In this document: positions 8,280 through 16,842 of the stretch, in pieces | Position numbering within the stretch: the stretch's first letter is position 1 | Layout: the number at the start of each line of letters is the position of its first letter | Assembly: GCA_964608695.1 (NCBI GenBank) | Contig: CAZSPF010000016.1 | Coordinates: 3,350 to 45,961 of the forward strand | From: an uncultured Fimbriimonadales bacterium | Lineage (GTDB): Bacteria > Armatimonadota > Fimbriimonadia > Fimbriimonadales > ATM1 | DNA: 42,612 bases | Direction of reading: 5' to 3' | Program-made: the position numbers and the translations under genes | The notes under the pieces: model-generated | What the model saw: only the letters and a program-made list of their open reading frames with translations | The model's database searches: none | Told to the model about the DNA's origin: nothing

Positions 8280-9137
8280 ATGCTCAGGGCTTTTTTGCCG
8301 CTTATCGTCGCGCTGTTCGTTTTTTCGGGTTGTGTTAAGAAAACTGTTGAATATGGTGGAGAACAACCCGATGTCATTTACTCTCGGATTATTTCACTTA
8401 GCCCAAGCACGACTGAGTTATTGGCTATGCTTCGCCAAGAGAATTTCATGGTGGGAAGGACTGCTTCTTGTGACATGCCAGAAACCATAAGAAGCATCCC
8501 GATAGTTGCTAATCCGCGACCGGATTTTGAGTTAATAGTTGGTTTAAAACCGGATCTGATTTTCATTGATGAAAGCGTAGCGAACAGTGATGACTTAGAA
8601 AAAATGAAACAGTTGGGGTTGAATGTAAAAGTATTAAGAATAAAGAGTGTTGATGATTGGATTAGCACGGTTTATGAATTGGGTAATTTACTTTTACAGC
8701 ATCAACCTGCGAGCAGAGAAGTGGACAAGGTTAGGGAGGCGGTTTCTGCTGCGCAAGCAGAGAACATTTCTCCAAGACCTCGTGTTATGGTTGCGATGGG
8801 TGAATCGCAGTCTTGGGTTGCCGGGACTAAGACATTTCAAGCGGATGTGATGCGCGCTTCGGGGGGGGAGTATATTGGTCCGGACGATGAAAAGTTTGTT
8901 CCTGTTAATCCGGAGCAGATTATTGCATGGAACCCTGACATAGTTTTTGTGAGCGATAATCCTGACGCATATAAAAATATCGCAGGTTGGAAAGACACAA
9001 ACGCTGTAAAGGCAGGGAATATCTTTAGAATACATCCGAACCTTTTATTGCGTCCTGGTGCGAGACTTTCGTTAATGATTTCTTCGATTCGAACAGAATT
9101 CGTAAATTATTCCAAACAACAGAGAGGAGGGGCATAA
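8280..9137 (+). CDS. Lipoprotein, class III periplasmic substrate-binding protein (BtuF / Fe-siderophore-type, PF01497-like)
   Basis: Start at MLRAFLPLIVALFVFSGC, a lipobox. IISLSPSTTELLAML and LKPDLIF are typical of cobalamin/iron-chelate binding proteins. The track start at 8184 adds a non-signal extension. Confidence 0.7.
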   Translation: MLRAFLPLIVALFVFSGCVKKTVEYGGEQPDVIYSRIISLSPSTTELLAMLRQENFMVGRTASCDMPETIRSIPIVANPRPDFELIVGLKPDLIFIDESVANSDDLEKMKQLGLNVKVLRIKSVDDWISTVYELGNLLLQHQPASREVDKVREAVSAAQAENISPRPRVMVAMGESQSWVAGTKTFQADVMRASGGEYIGPDDEKFVPVNPEQIIAWNPDIVFVSDNPDAYKNIAGWKDTNAVKAGNIFRIHPNLLLRPGARLSLMISSIRTEFVNYSKQQRGGA

Positions 9138-9140
9138 AAG

Positions 9141-9992
9141 ATGGCAAGAGAAGGTGCAGAGATAGGGGTGTTTGGAGGTTCTGGTTTTTATTCTCTTTTG
9201 GAAGACGTAACCGAAGTAAAAGTTGATACCCCATATGGATCTCCGAGCGATTCTTTGTTCTTAGCCAACGTTTCCGGAAGAAACGTTGCTTTTCTCCCGA
9301 GACATGGCAGGCGTCACGCCATCCCCCCCCATAAAATTAACTACCGCGCAAATGTTTGGGCGATGAAATCCATCGGTGTGAAAGCGGTTATTAGTCCTTG
9401 TGCAGCCGGAAGTTTGCAGGCACATGTAAAACCCGGCGATTTTGTTTTGTGCGATCAGTTTGTAGATAGGACAAGAGGGCGCATAGACACTTTTTTCGAT
9501 GGTCCGATAGTGACTCATCTTAGTGCGGCAGAAATCTATGATCCCGTATTGAGGGGGATCGCTGCTGAGGTGATTAAAAAACATGGTATTCCTTTGCACG
9601 AAAGCGGCACGGTTGTGGTGATTCAAGGTCCGAGATTTAGTTCTAAATCTGAGAGTAAGTGGTTTAGCGATCAAGGTTGGGAAGTGATAAACATGACTCA
9701 ATATCCGGAGGCGTATCTTTGCAGAGAGTTAGGCATGTCAGTGGTAAATATCTCTTTAATAACGGATTACGACAGCGGCGTAATGACTGGTACAAAACCT
9801 GTAAGTGCGATGGAGGTTTTGGAGGTATTTGAGCAGAATGCAAAAAGGATTCGAGAAGTAGTATTGGAAATGATTGAAAAGTTTCCGAAAGATTTAGGTT
9901 CACTTAAATCCTCAGAAGCGTTAAAATTTAGCCGCGGTGATGGACACGTTGCAACAGATGAAGATATCAGACTTTTTGAAACACGATTATAG
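9141..9992 (+). CDS. mtnP: S-methyl-5'-thioadenosine phosphorylase
   Basis: IGVFGGSGFY, FLPRHGRRHAIPPHKINYRANVWAMKSIGV and MTQYPEAYLCRELG match the MTAP/PNP family. GGAGGGG SD upstream. Confidence 0.9.
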   Translation: MAREGAEIGVFGGSGFYSLLEDVTEVKVDTPYGSPSDSLFLANVSGRNVAFLPRHGRRHAIPPHKINYRANVWAMKSIGVKAVISPCAAGSLQAHVKPGDFVLCDQFVDRTRGRIDTFFDGPIVTHLSAAEIYDPVLRGIAAEVIKKHGIPLHESGTVVVIQGPRFSSKSESKWFSDQGWEVINMTQYPEAYLCRELGMSVVNISLITDYDSGVMTGTKPVSAMEVLEVFEQNAKRIREVVLEMIEKFPKDLGSLKSSEALKFSRGDGHVATDEDIRLFETRL

Positions 9993-10003
9993 GAGTTGAA
10001 ATA

Positions 10004-13000
10004 ATGATGCAATCTTTAATTCCGGTTTGTTCGGTATTAATCTCCGGTGGATTATCTGCCGTCGTTCAAGATTTTCATTGGGTTGGTTTTGGAGAAATCA
10101 CTGTGTTTGGTCAGACTGATCCCGACGGGAAAATGCTTCCGGCACGTAAAGTTCCTATTCGTTTCCCGGATCAGTTTTTGCCTTTAATAAGTGAAGATGC
10201 GCCTTATTTAGAGCATGGCGACTGGAAGATTGCTATTAATCAATGGGGGAATCTTGGACGAGCATATAAAAACTCAGGTGGGATAACAGAATTCAAAGAA
10301 CTTTGGGAGAACGCACAAAAAAGAATTTCTGATGGGAAATCGAATATTTGGAAATGCAAGGCGGTAATTTTTCGCAGAACGGATGTGCTTTATCAAGATG
10401 AAGATGGTGTATTGATTACACAGCGTGCTTATATTTCCGATAGAGAGATTGAATTTTGTTTACAAACATTTGCAAGATTTAAGGCGTTAGTTGAAGCGTT
10501 TACGGAAGGTGCAGTTGAATTACAACTTACGGTAAGTGTGGAAGAAGAGCCGATTAGAGGTTTTTATAAAAATGATGAAGTTTGGACGTTAAATCCTTGG
10601 ACTGCGGGGAGCGATTATTTGCAAGGACGGTTTAATTACGGAGATTTTGATTGTTTAATTTACATGTTTCATCCGGGTGAAACCCGGTCATTTAGTTTTG
10701 GTGGAGCGGGTGGCCGAACGAATAACGCGACACAAGCGTATGTGATACTGACAAACGGCAGAGAGGGGGGGGCAAGAATCGGACATACAGAAGCGATGCT
10801 TCACGAGTGGTTTCATCAAGTAGAAGACACGTATTTCAGGTACGGATATGGAGGTTATGAGTATTCAGGGCTGCCCTATCTTCATTCCGCTGAGCACAAC
10901 GGTTACAGCACAGATGAAATGGGTTACTCCGGATGGTTCACATGGATACGCGACTTAATGCGAAAGAGTGTGAATCAAAAGATGTGGGCAACGATTTCGA
11001 ATCGAAAGGACCCGGATTTTGAGAAAGCAATCGATCTTACAAAGCGCTTTGATGGAAGTACAAGAAAATGGGAAACTGTGAAAGACAATCCTTGGGCTAA
11101 CCTTCCGTTTCTTACAGTTGACGATTTGATAAGAATAGTAGGTGTTAACAGTATAGAAATTATTACTGAAAAATCATGTGTGCTATTTTTACCAAATCAA
11201 TTGCACAATTCTATGCGGAAAGAGATTACGCATGATGATTACATTTTAGACAATCAATTAAATTTCTCAAAAGAATCTATGGCGATATTGCGCGGCAGTG
11301 ATAAGTCTGTTTTGTTTGTGAGGTGGGATATTGCCGATTTTGTAATTCCAAATTTACGAAACGACGACGGTTCTTCTGTGAACGTTTATGGAATGATAAC
11401 AATTGACGGCAGAGCCATGTATGTGGTGGAGTTGCGTACGAAAAATCCTACAACTTCGGAAATTAATTTACTAATGCTGGGCAAAGAAAACAATTTAATA
11501 GGCTTACAAGACAAAGGAGACTATTTGCTCGGTGAAAGTGCAAAGTTGAGTTTTTCTTCGAACCTTTCCGATGCTCGTTTTGCATTGACTTCTTGGGATG
11601 GCGATGTGCTGGACATGAACGCAGATGGCACTTACAAAATAGAAGCGGGCTCGCCAAAGGTTCATATTTGGAAATCGGTGATGGCTTTGCCGGATGGAAC
11701 GAGATATGAAAGGCCAATTATAGTTCGAACTCATACTAGCGTAAATGCAAACATTGAAGCAGTTGGGACTTCAAGAATATCAAAGGATACACACCGTTTT
11801 CAGTTAACTTTACAAAACAATGTACAGCAACAAAATGTACACCTCACAGCGAGTTTGCCTAGCGGATGGGCTGTTAGCGGGCTACCGGAAAGTGTGAGTT
11901 TAAATTCAAACGAAAAGCGCACAATAACATTTCAAGTTAGCACCCCCCCCACAACGCAAGATGGAGTGTATTCAGTTGCCATTGATGTAAAGCCTCAAAA
12001 CAACAACGCAATAACTATTAGGAAAAGCGTAACCAGATACACACAAACTGATTTAGTTTATGACACTTTTGAATCAGGTGTAGGCAATTGGGGCGCGATA
12101 AGAGAAGACAATGGCGGTTGGAAAGTTGAACTTCATGATGCCGGTGTGCGCGGAAAATGTTTGGCAGTCCATGATTCAGGCGGTATCCGATGGGGAAGAG
12201 TTAACGCTTTTGGCGGTTATGATGCAAACGGAAAACCCGATTTGAATTTTATGGGTTACGATGTTTCAGCGTTTCCTTATCTCGATTTTTATTTAAAAAC
12301 AGAATCCAACGACAACTTAGGATTGGTTTTAACAACACATGAAGGCAAGAGATACACGATTATGCTTGCAGGGAAATATGCAGAGCAATGGGGCGAGAGT
12401 GTGCAGCTCAGCCGTGCGCGCTTTATTCCAAACGGAAATTGGCAGAGGATAGTTTATAATTTACATGAAGAGTTATCAAAAAAAGCAGGGGCAGGCCCGC
12501 ATTACATTGTAGATATTTCTTTTGGTGATACAAGAAAGTTTAGTAGCAACCAATATCGTGATCCGTATGTGAATACACATTATATAGATGAATTCAAAAT
12601 TACCGCGAATGCAGATTTGAATGATAATACGACTTCTGAAATTCCTATCGAGAATGTTTTGTTTGGAAAGTCATTTGATTCTGTGGTTCCGATGGAAAGA
12701 GCAAGGGCATGTGTTTTAGTAAATGCGGAATCTTCTCCTGAGGAGATTGAGAAAGTAATCTCTTTAATAAACGACAGTTCTTCGATAGTTAGATTGAATG
12801 CAGTAAATGTATTTACACGAGTGCGTCATTTAGGTGTGGTTCCAAAATTAATTGACAGAGCAAGACTTGATCCCGATGTTACTGTATCGGTTTTTGCAGT
12901 ACGTGCCATAGAATTTCAAAATACAGATGAAGGATGGGAAGCGATTGCACAACTCCCGCGATTAAACAGGTTTGGTGAAGAGCCTCTTGCAGAGGCAGTG

Positions 13001-13672
13001 TTAGCAATGGGGCGAACACGCAATTCTAAATATCGAGCAGACATTTCGATATTGGTTGCAACAAGATATTGGCAAACGAGACGAGCCGCAGCGGCTGCAT
13101 TGGGAATGCTTGATGATGAATCTTCACAAAACACATTGATGGCATTCCTTCATGAGATTGATCCCATGGTTAGATTAGAAGCCACAAAACATGCGAACGT
13201 AAGTTTTGCGCTACCGGCAAGAAGAATCGAATGGGGGAGCGTCAATGATATATCGAGTGTTGTTCGAGGATTTAGTTATGCAAGATTAATTCTTTCGGAT
13301 GACCCGGTTTTGCGTTCTCGCGGATATGCAGGATTAAATCCGGAAGATAATGATCCGATTATTCGGACGATAATTTGTGAAGCGATGGGCAGTGACGCAA
13401 AGGAGCATCATTTGCCGATATTAAAAGGGATGTTAAGCGACGTCCATCCCGATGTTCGCGCATCTGCGGTTGAAGCGATATTCAAACTTCCTGGTCAAAG
13501 AACGTTTGAAGATATTTCGATTTTGGAAAATGAAAAATACGAGCAAGTACTTTTGCCTGTTTTTAGAAACGCTAAAGAGGGCAAAATTGTTATTCCACGT
13601 AATATGATAGAAAGAGCACTTGTTCATAGGAACGAAGAGTTGCGAAGAATCGCAGGTGAACTAAAAAGATGA
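10004..13672 (+). CDS. Giant multidomain protein: N-terminal HExxH (HEWFH) module, NEW3-like Ig module, CBM-like module, C-terminal HEAT repeats
   Basis: 1222-aa uninterrupted ORF with AGGAG 9 nt upstream. HEWFH at 10802-10816. LTASLPSGWAVSGLPESVSLNSNEKRTITFQVSTPPTTQDGVYSVAIDV resembles NEW3 modules. The C-terminus has PBS-lyase-type HEAT repeats (SIVRLNAVNVF, DPMVRLEATKHA, HPDVRASAVEAIFKL). That it codes is certain; the function is unknown. Confidence 0.6.
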   Translation: MMQSLIPVCSVLISGGLSAVVQDFHWVGFGEITVFGQTDPDGKMLPARKVPIRFPDQFLPLISEDAPYLEHGDWKIAINQWGNLGRAYKNSGGITEFKELWENAQKRISDGKSNIWKCKAVIFRRTDVLYQDEDGVLITQRAYISDREIEFCLQTFARFKALVEAFTEGAVELQLTVSVEEEPIRGFYKNDEVWTLNPWTAGSDYLQGRFNYGDFDCLIYMFHPGETRSFSFGGAGGRTNNATQAYVILTNGREGGARIGHTEAMLHEWFHQVEDTYFRYGYGGYEYSGLPYLHSAEHNGYSTDEMGYSGWFTWIRDLMRKSVNQKMWATISNRKDPDFEKAIDLTKRFDGSTRKWETVKDNPWANLPFLTVDDLIRIVGVNSIEIITEKSCVLFLPNQLHNSMRKEITHDDYILDNQLNFSKESMAILRGSDKSVLFVRWDIADFVIPNLRNDDGSSVNVYGMITIDGRAMYVVELRTKNPTTSEINLLMLGKENNLIGLQDKGDYLLGESAKLSFSSNLSDARFALTSWDGDVLDMNADGTYKIEAGSPKVHIWKSVMALPDGTRYERPIIVRTHTSVNANIEAVGTSRISKDTHRFQLTLQNNVQQQNVHLTASLPSGWAVSGLPESVSLNSNEKRTITFQVSTPPTTQDGVYSVAIDVKPQNNNAITIRKSVTRYTQTDLVYDTFESGVGNWGAIREDNGGWKVELHDAGVRGKCLAVHDSGGIRWGRVNAFGGYDANGKPDLNFMGYDVSAFPYLDFYLKTESNDNLGLVLTTHEGKRYTIMLAGKYAEQWGESVQLSRARFIPNGNWQRIVYNLHEELSKKAGAGPHYIVDISFGDTRKFSSNQYRDPYVNTHYIDEFKITANADLNDNTTSEIPIENVLFGKSFDSVVPMERARACVLVNAESSPEEIEKVISLINDSSSIVRLNAVNVFTRVRHLGVVPKLIDRARLDPDVTVSVFAVRAIEFQNTDEGWEAIAQLPRLNRFGEEPLAEAVLAMGRTRNSKYRADISILVATRYWQTRRAAAAALGMLDDESSQNTLMAFLHEIDPMVRLEATKHANVSFALPARRIEWGSVNDISSVVRGFSYARLILSDDPVLRSRGYAGLNPEDNDPIIRTIICEAMGSDAKEHHLPILKGMLSDVHPDVRASAVEAIFKLPGQRTFEDISILENEKYEQVLLPVFRNAKEGKIVIPRNMIERALVHRNEELRRIAGELKR

Positions 13673-14133
13673 TGACAATATTATTAGGCTCAGACCATGC
13701 AGGATTTGCTTTGCGAAGAATCATTGCGAACTGGTTATTTGAAAGGGGTTATGCAGTATCCGAGTTTGGTGCAACAGACGAAGGGGCATTCGACTATCCG
13801 GATGCTGCACTCGCCGTTGCAGAAAAAGTTGCGGCAGGCGATGCTCCATTTGGGGTTTTGATATGCGGTACGGGTATTGGGATGGCTATGACGGCGAATA
13901 AGATCCCTGGCATCCGTGCTGCAGTATGCTGGAATGTTAAGTCCGCAGAACTTAGCCGTGAGCACAATCACGCCAACATCCTATGCTTAGGTGCAAGGCT
14001 TATTCCCGTTGAAGAGGCTTTGCTTATTTTAGAGGCGTTCCTGAACACGCCACCAAGCGAAGAACCGCGGCATATTAGAAGAGTAAAGAAAATAAATGAA
14101 ATCGGGTGCTTTTCTGCCGTTGATGCCGTATAA
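13669..14133 (+). CDS. rpiB: Ribose-5-phosphate isomerase B (RpiB/LacAB family)
   Basis: LGSDHAGFALR, ICGTGIGMAMTANK, SREHNHANILCLGAR. The ATG overlaps the upstream TGA (ATGA at 13669-13672). Confidence 0.9.
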   Translation: MMTILLGSDHAGFALRRIIANWLFERGYAVSEFGATDEGAFDYPDAALAVAEKVAAGDAPFGVLICGTGIGMAMTANKIPGIRAAVCWNVKSAELSREHNHANILCLGARLIPVEEALLILEAFLNTPPSEEPRHIRRVKKINEIGCFSAVDAV

Positions 14134-14145
14134 AGAAACATCTTA

Positions 14146-15516
14146 ATGAAATTAAAGAAGTCAGTTTGGCTGATTATTCCGATAGTTGTAACATCTATTG
14201 GTTTTATTTTGGGGATGATGGCGTCTGAAAAAGTCAGGCGTGAAGCTGCGAAGCCATATGACACACAGTATTATGTTTTTGATTCTACGCAATCTAAAAC
14301 AGATATCTTAGACGGTTTTCAAGTAACGCCGAGTGAGTTTTTTGAAGAGATTACGCGTATTGTTCGCACAAACTATGTAGAAGAGATAAAAGATGAAACA
14401 CCCCTTGCTCATGGTGCGATACGAACATTGCTTCACTCATTAAAAGATATCGGTACAAGATTTTACGAACCTGATGAATGGAAAAATTATTTAGATAGAT
14501 TAGAAGGGGTTTACGAGGGAATCGGTATCGAACTTATCACCATTCCCGGAGGGACAGAAAAATGGCCTTCGTTTACGTTAACGGTCATGTCTGTTGCGGA
14601 TAACAGTCCTGCAAAAGAAGCGGGATTAAAATCCGGGGATGTGATTTCGGAAGTTAACGGGAAATGGGTTGCTAACGAATCCCCATTTAAAACTTTGGAA
14701 GAAGCGGCTCAGCAATATCAGAGTGGAAAAATAACAATGGAGGATTACGGAAAAGAAGTTGAGAAAGTGGTTAAAAGTTTAGAGAACATGATTCTTGTGC
14801 ATGAAGCACAAAAGGAATTGCAATCCGGAACTAACGGTGAAATAGAAGTGGTGGTTTTACGCGGCGGGGTGAAAATCTCTCACAACATTACAAAACGTAA
14901 AACAATTAATAAGCCTATCGAAGAGAAACACAATGTAATTAGGATTAGAAATTTTAGTGAAGGGGTGGATGAAACTTTAAAAGAACTTGTAAATAATAAA
15001 AAAGAAGTTGTGTTGGACTTGCGACAGAATGCTGGCGGTTCTTTCGAGGTCATGAAAAATTGTTTAAGACTATTTATAAAAAACGGGGAATTTGTTCGCA
15101 TTCAAAGAAAAAACGCAAGTAAGCCTGTATCCGTAAGCATTGAAAATGGTTTTGAAATCGCAAATGTTACGGTTTTAGTTGATGAAGGGACGGCGCGCGA
15201 GGCAGAAGTGTTCTACAATGCTTTGGTAAACAGAGCCAATGCAAAATTGGAAGGCAGTAAAAGTTTTGGTTTAGGTGTGAGAATAGAAAATTATTCTCTT
15301 CCTGATGGAAGCGGATATACGTTAACAACAGGTTTATATTTCGACACTGAAGGGAAGCCACTATTTACTGAATCTTTCGTGAAAAACTTGCTTTCAAGAG
15401 ATGAAGCGATGAAGTCTGCTTTTAATAGTGTGGAAGTTTACCGTCAAGCATACACTGTAAGCAACTTATTAAATGCGTTTCGCATATTCTTCTATCCGGT
15501 GGTGAGAGTTTCATGA
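14146..15516 (+). CDS. S41 (C-terminal processing peptidase)-like protein with PDZ domain, predicted catalytically inactive
   Basis: N-terminal TM anchor, PDZ (TVMSVADNSPAKEAGLKSGDVISEVNG), S41 core (VVLDLRQNAGGS). The nucleophile motif reads VDEGTAREAE (Arg codon 15196-15198) where the paralog has GSASAAE. The Lys motif reads SFGLG (Leu codon 15271-15273) where the paralog has YGKA. Confidence 0.75.
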   Translation: MKLKKSVWLIIPIVVTSIGFILGMMASEKVRREAAKPYDTQYYVFDSTQSKTDILDGFQVTPSEFFEEITRIVRTNYVEEIKDETPLAHGAIRTLLHSLKDIGTRFYEPDEWKNYLDRLEGVYEGIGIELITIPGGTEKWPSFTLTVMSVADNSPAKEAGLKSGDVISEVNGKWVANESPFKTLEEAAQQYQSGKITMEDYGKEVEKVVKSLENMILVHEAQKELQSGTNGEIEVVVLRGGVKISHNITKRKTINKPIEEKHNVIRIRNFSEGVDETLKELVNNKKEVVLDLRQNAGGSFEVMKNCLRLFIKNGEFVRIQRKNASKPVSVSIENGFEIANVTVLVDEGTAREAEVFYNALVNRANAKLEGSKSFGLGVRIENYSLPDGSGYTLTTGLYFDTEGKPLFTESFVKNLLSRDEAMKSAFNSVEVYRQAYTVSNLLNAFRIFFYPVVRVS

Positions 15517-16790
15517 AAAAGTTTTTACCGGTTATCGCAATTTTACTTTTCACAGCAGCCGGGTTTTTATTTGGTTATGGTTTACGCGACACCATGCGTG
15601 GTCATTTACCGGATTATTCAAGGCTTTCATTACTGTTTGGCAAAGACAGCAATGAAAAGGAAACTCTTGAGCCTGTTCGCGCATTCACAACTGTATTGGG
15701 GAGCATCGACGCCGCATTTTATGGTGATATTGATAAAGAGAAAATTCTTTACGCTGGAATTGAAGGATATCTTAGTGCACTAAATGATCCTTACACAGAA
15801 TTGCTAAAGCCGAGCGAGGCAGAAACCTTTGAAGAAAGAAACAAAGGAAGGTTTACAACTACGGGCGGAATAGGAGCGGAATTGGGTAGAGATCCCATAG
15901 GAGCAAGAATCAAACGAGTTTTCAAAAACAGTCCTGCAAGTATGGCAGGAATTCAGCCTGATGATGTTATTGTAAAAGTAAACGGCAACTCTGTTTCTGG
16001 ACGAAACCTTGAAGACGTTGTGAAAGAGATACGCGGAGAAGAAGGCACCAAAGTGACACTTACAATTTTCCGAGAAACAACGCAAACGACTATGGATCTC
16101 ACACTAACACGGAAAAAAGTTTCCATCCAAGATGTGTATGCAGATATTCTAAATGCTGACTATACAATTGATAAGCCAAAAGTAGGAAGGCTGGAAGTTC
16201 GTTCGTTTTCGGAAACAATCTCTCAGCAATTTGACGAAGAGCTCGCATGGTTAGAAAATCAAGGAATTAAAGGTTTGATAATTGACTTACGCGGTAATCC
16301 GGGTGGGGTTCTACGTTCTGCAGTGGAAATGTGTTCACGATTTTTTGAACGACAACTTGTTACCAAAATGAAGCGAAGAGACGGAACATCGGAGCCGTAT
16401 TTCGCACCAAGCGGAAATGCGAAAAAGCGCAACTATCCCATTGTTATTTTAGTTGATGAAGGCAGCGCAAGTGCGGCGGAAATATTCGCCGGAGCATTAA
16501 GAGATTACAAGCTTGCAACCATCGTAGGTGAGCACACTTACGGTAAAGCAGCAGTTCAGCAAGTTTGGGACTTAAACGGTGGAGCAAGGTTAAAGCTGAC
16601 AATAGGCCGTTATTACTTGCCGAATGGTGAGTCTATAGCAAGAATCCAAGATAATCAGGGGAACTACCTTGGTGGCGGAATAAAACCGGATATTGAAGTT
16701 ATCCTCGAGAAAGGCGTGTCTCCCGGAGATATTGCGAAAGACAATCAACTCAAGAAAGCATACGAAGTCATAGTCGAAAAAGTCCGTTAA
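15513..16790 (+). CDS. S41 family carboxyl-terminal processing peptidase (CtpA/Prc-like), catalytic residues intact
   Basis: N-terminal TM, PDZ (RVFKNSPASMAGIQPDDVIVKVNG), IIDLRGNPGG, nucleophile motif VDEGSASAAEIF (Ser codon 16470-16472), general base in HTYGKAAVQ (Lys codon 16545-16547). ATGA overlap with the upstream gene. Confidence 0.88.
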   Translation: MKKFLPVIAILLFTAAGFLFGYGLRDTMRGHLPDYSRLSLLFGKDSNEKETLEPVRAFTTVLGSIDAAFYGDIDKEKILYAGIEGYLSALNDPYTELLKPSEAETFEERNKGRFTTTGGIGAELGRDPIGARIKRVFKNSPASMAGIQPDDVIVKVNGNSVSGRNLEDVVKEIRGEEGTKVTLTIFRETTQTTMDLTLTRKKVSIQDVYADILNADYTIDKPKVGRLEVRSFSETISQQFDEELAWLENQGIKGLIIDLRGNPGGVLRSAVEMCSRFFERQLVTKMKRRDGTSEPYFAPSGNAKKRNYPIVILVDEGSASAAEIFAGALRDYKLATIVGEHTYGKAAVQQVWDLNGGARLKLTIGRYYLPNGESIARIQDNQGNYLGGGIKPDIEVILEKGVSPGDIAKDNQLKKAYEVIVEKVR

Positions 16791-16842
16791 TTAGGTGGAT
16801 TAAAAGCAGGATTTTTGCTTTGCAGTCATAATTAATCAAGTT

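Noticed and set aside
16803-16826. Hairpin (aaagca ... tgcttt) between the S41 gene and the 879-aa gene as a terminator.
   Set aside because: It has only a 6-bp AT-rich stem with a 7-nt loop and no following U-tract, so it is unlikely to terminate efficiently.
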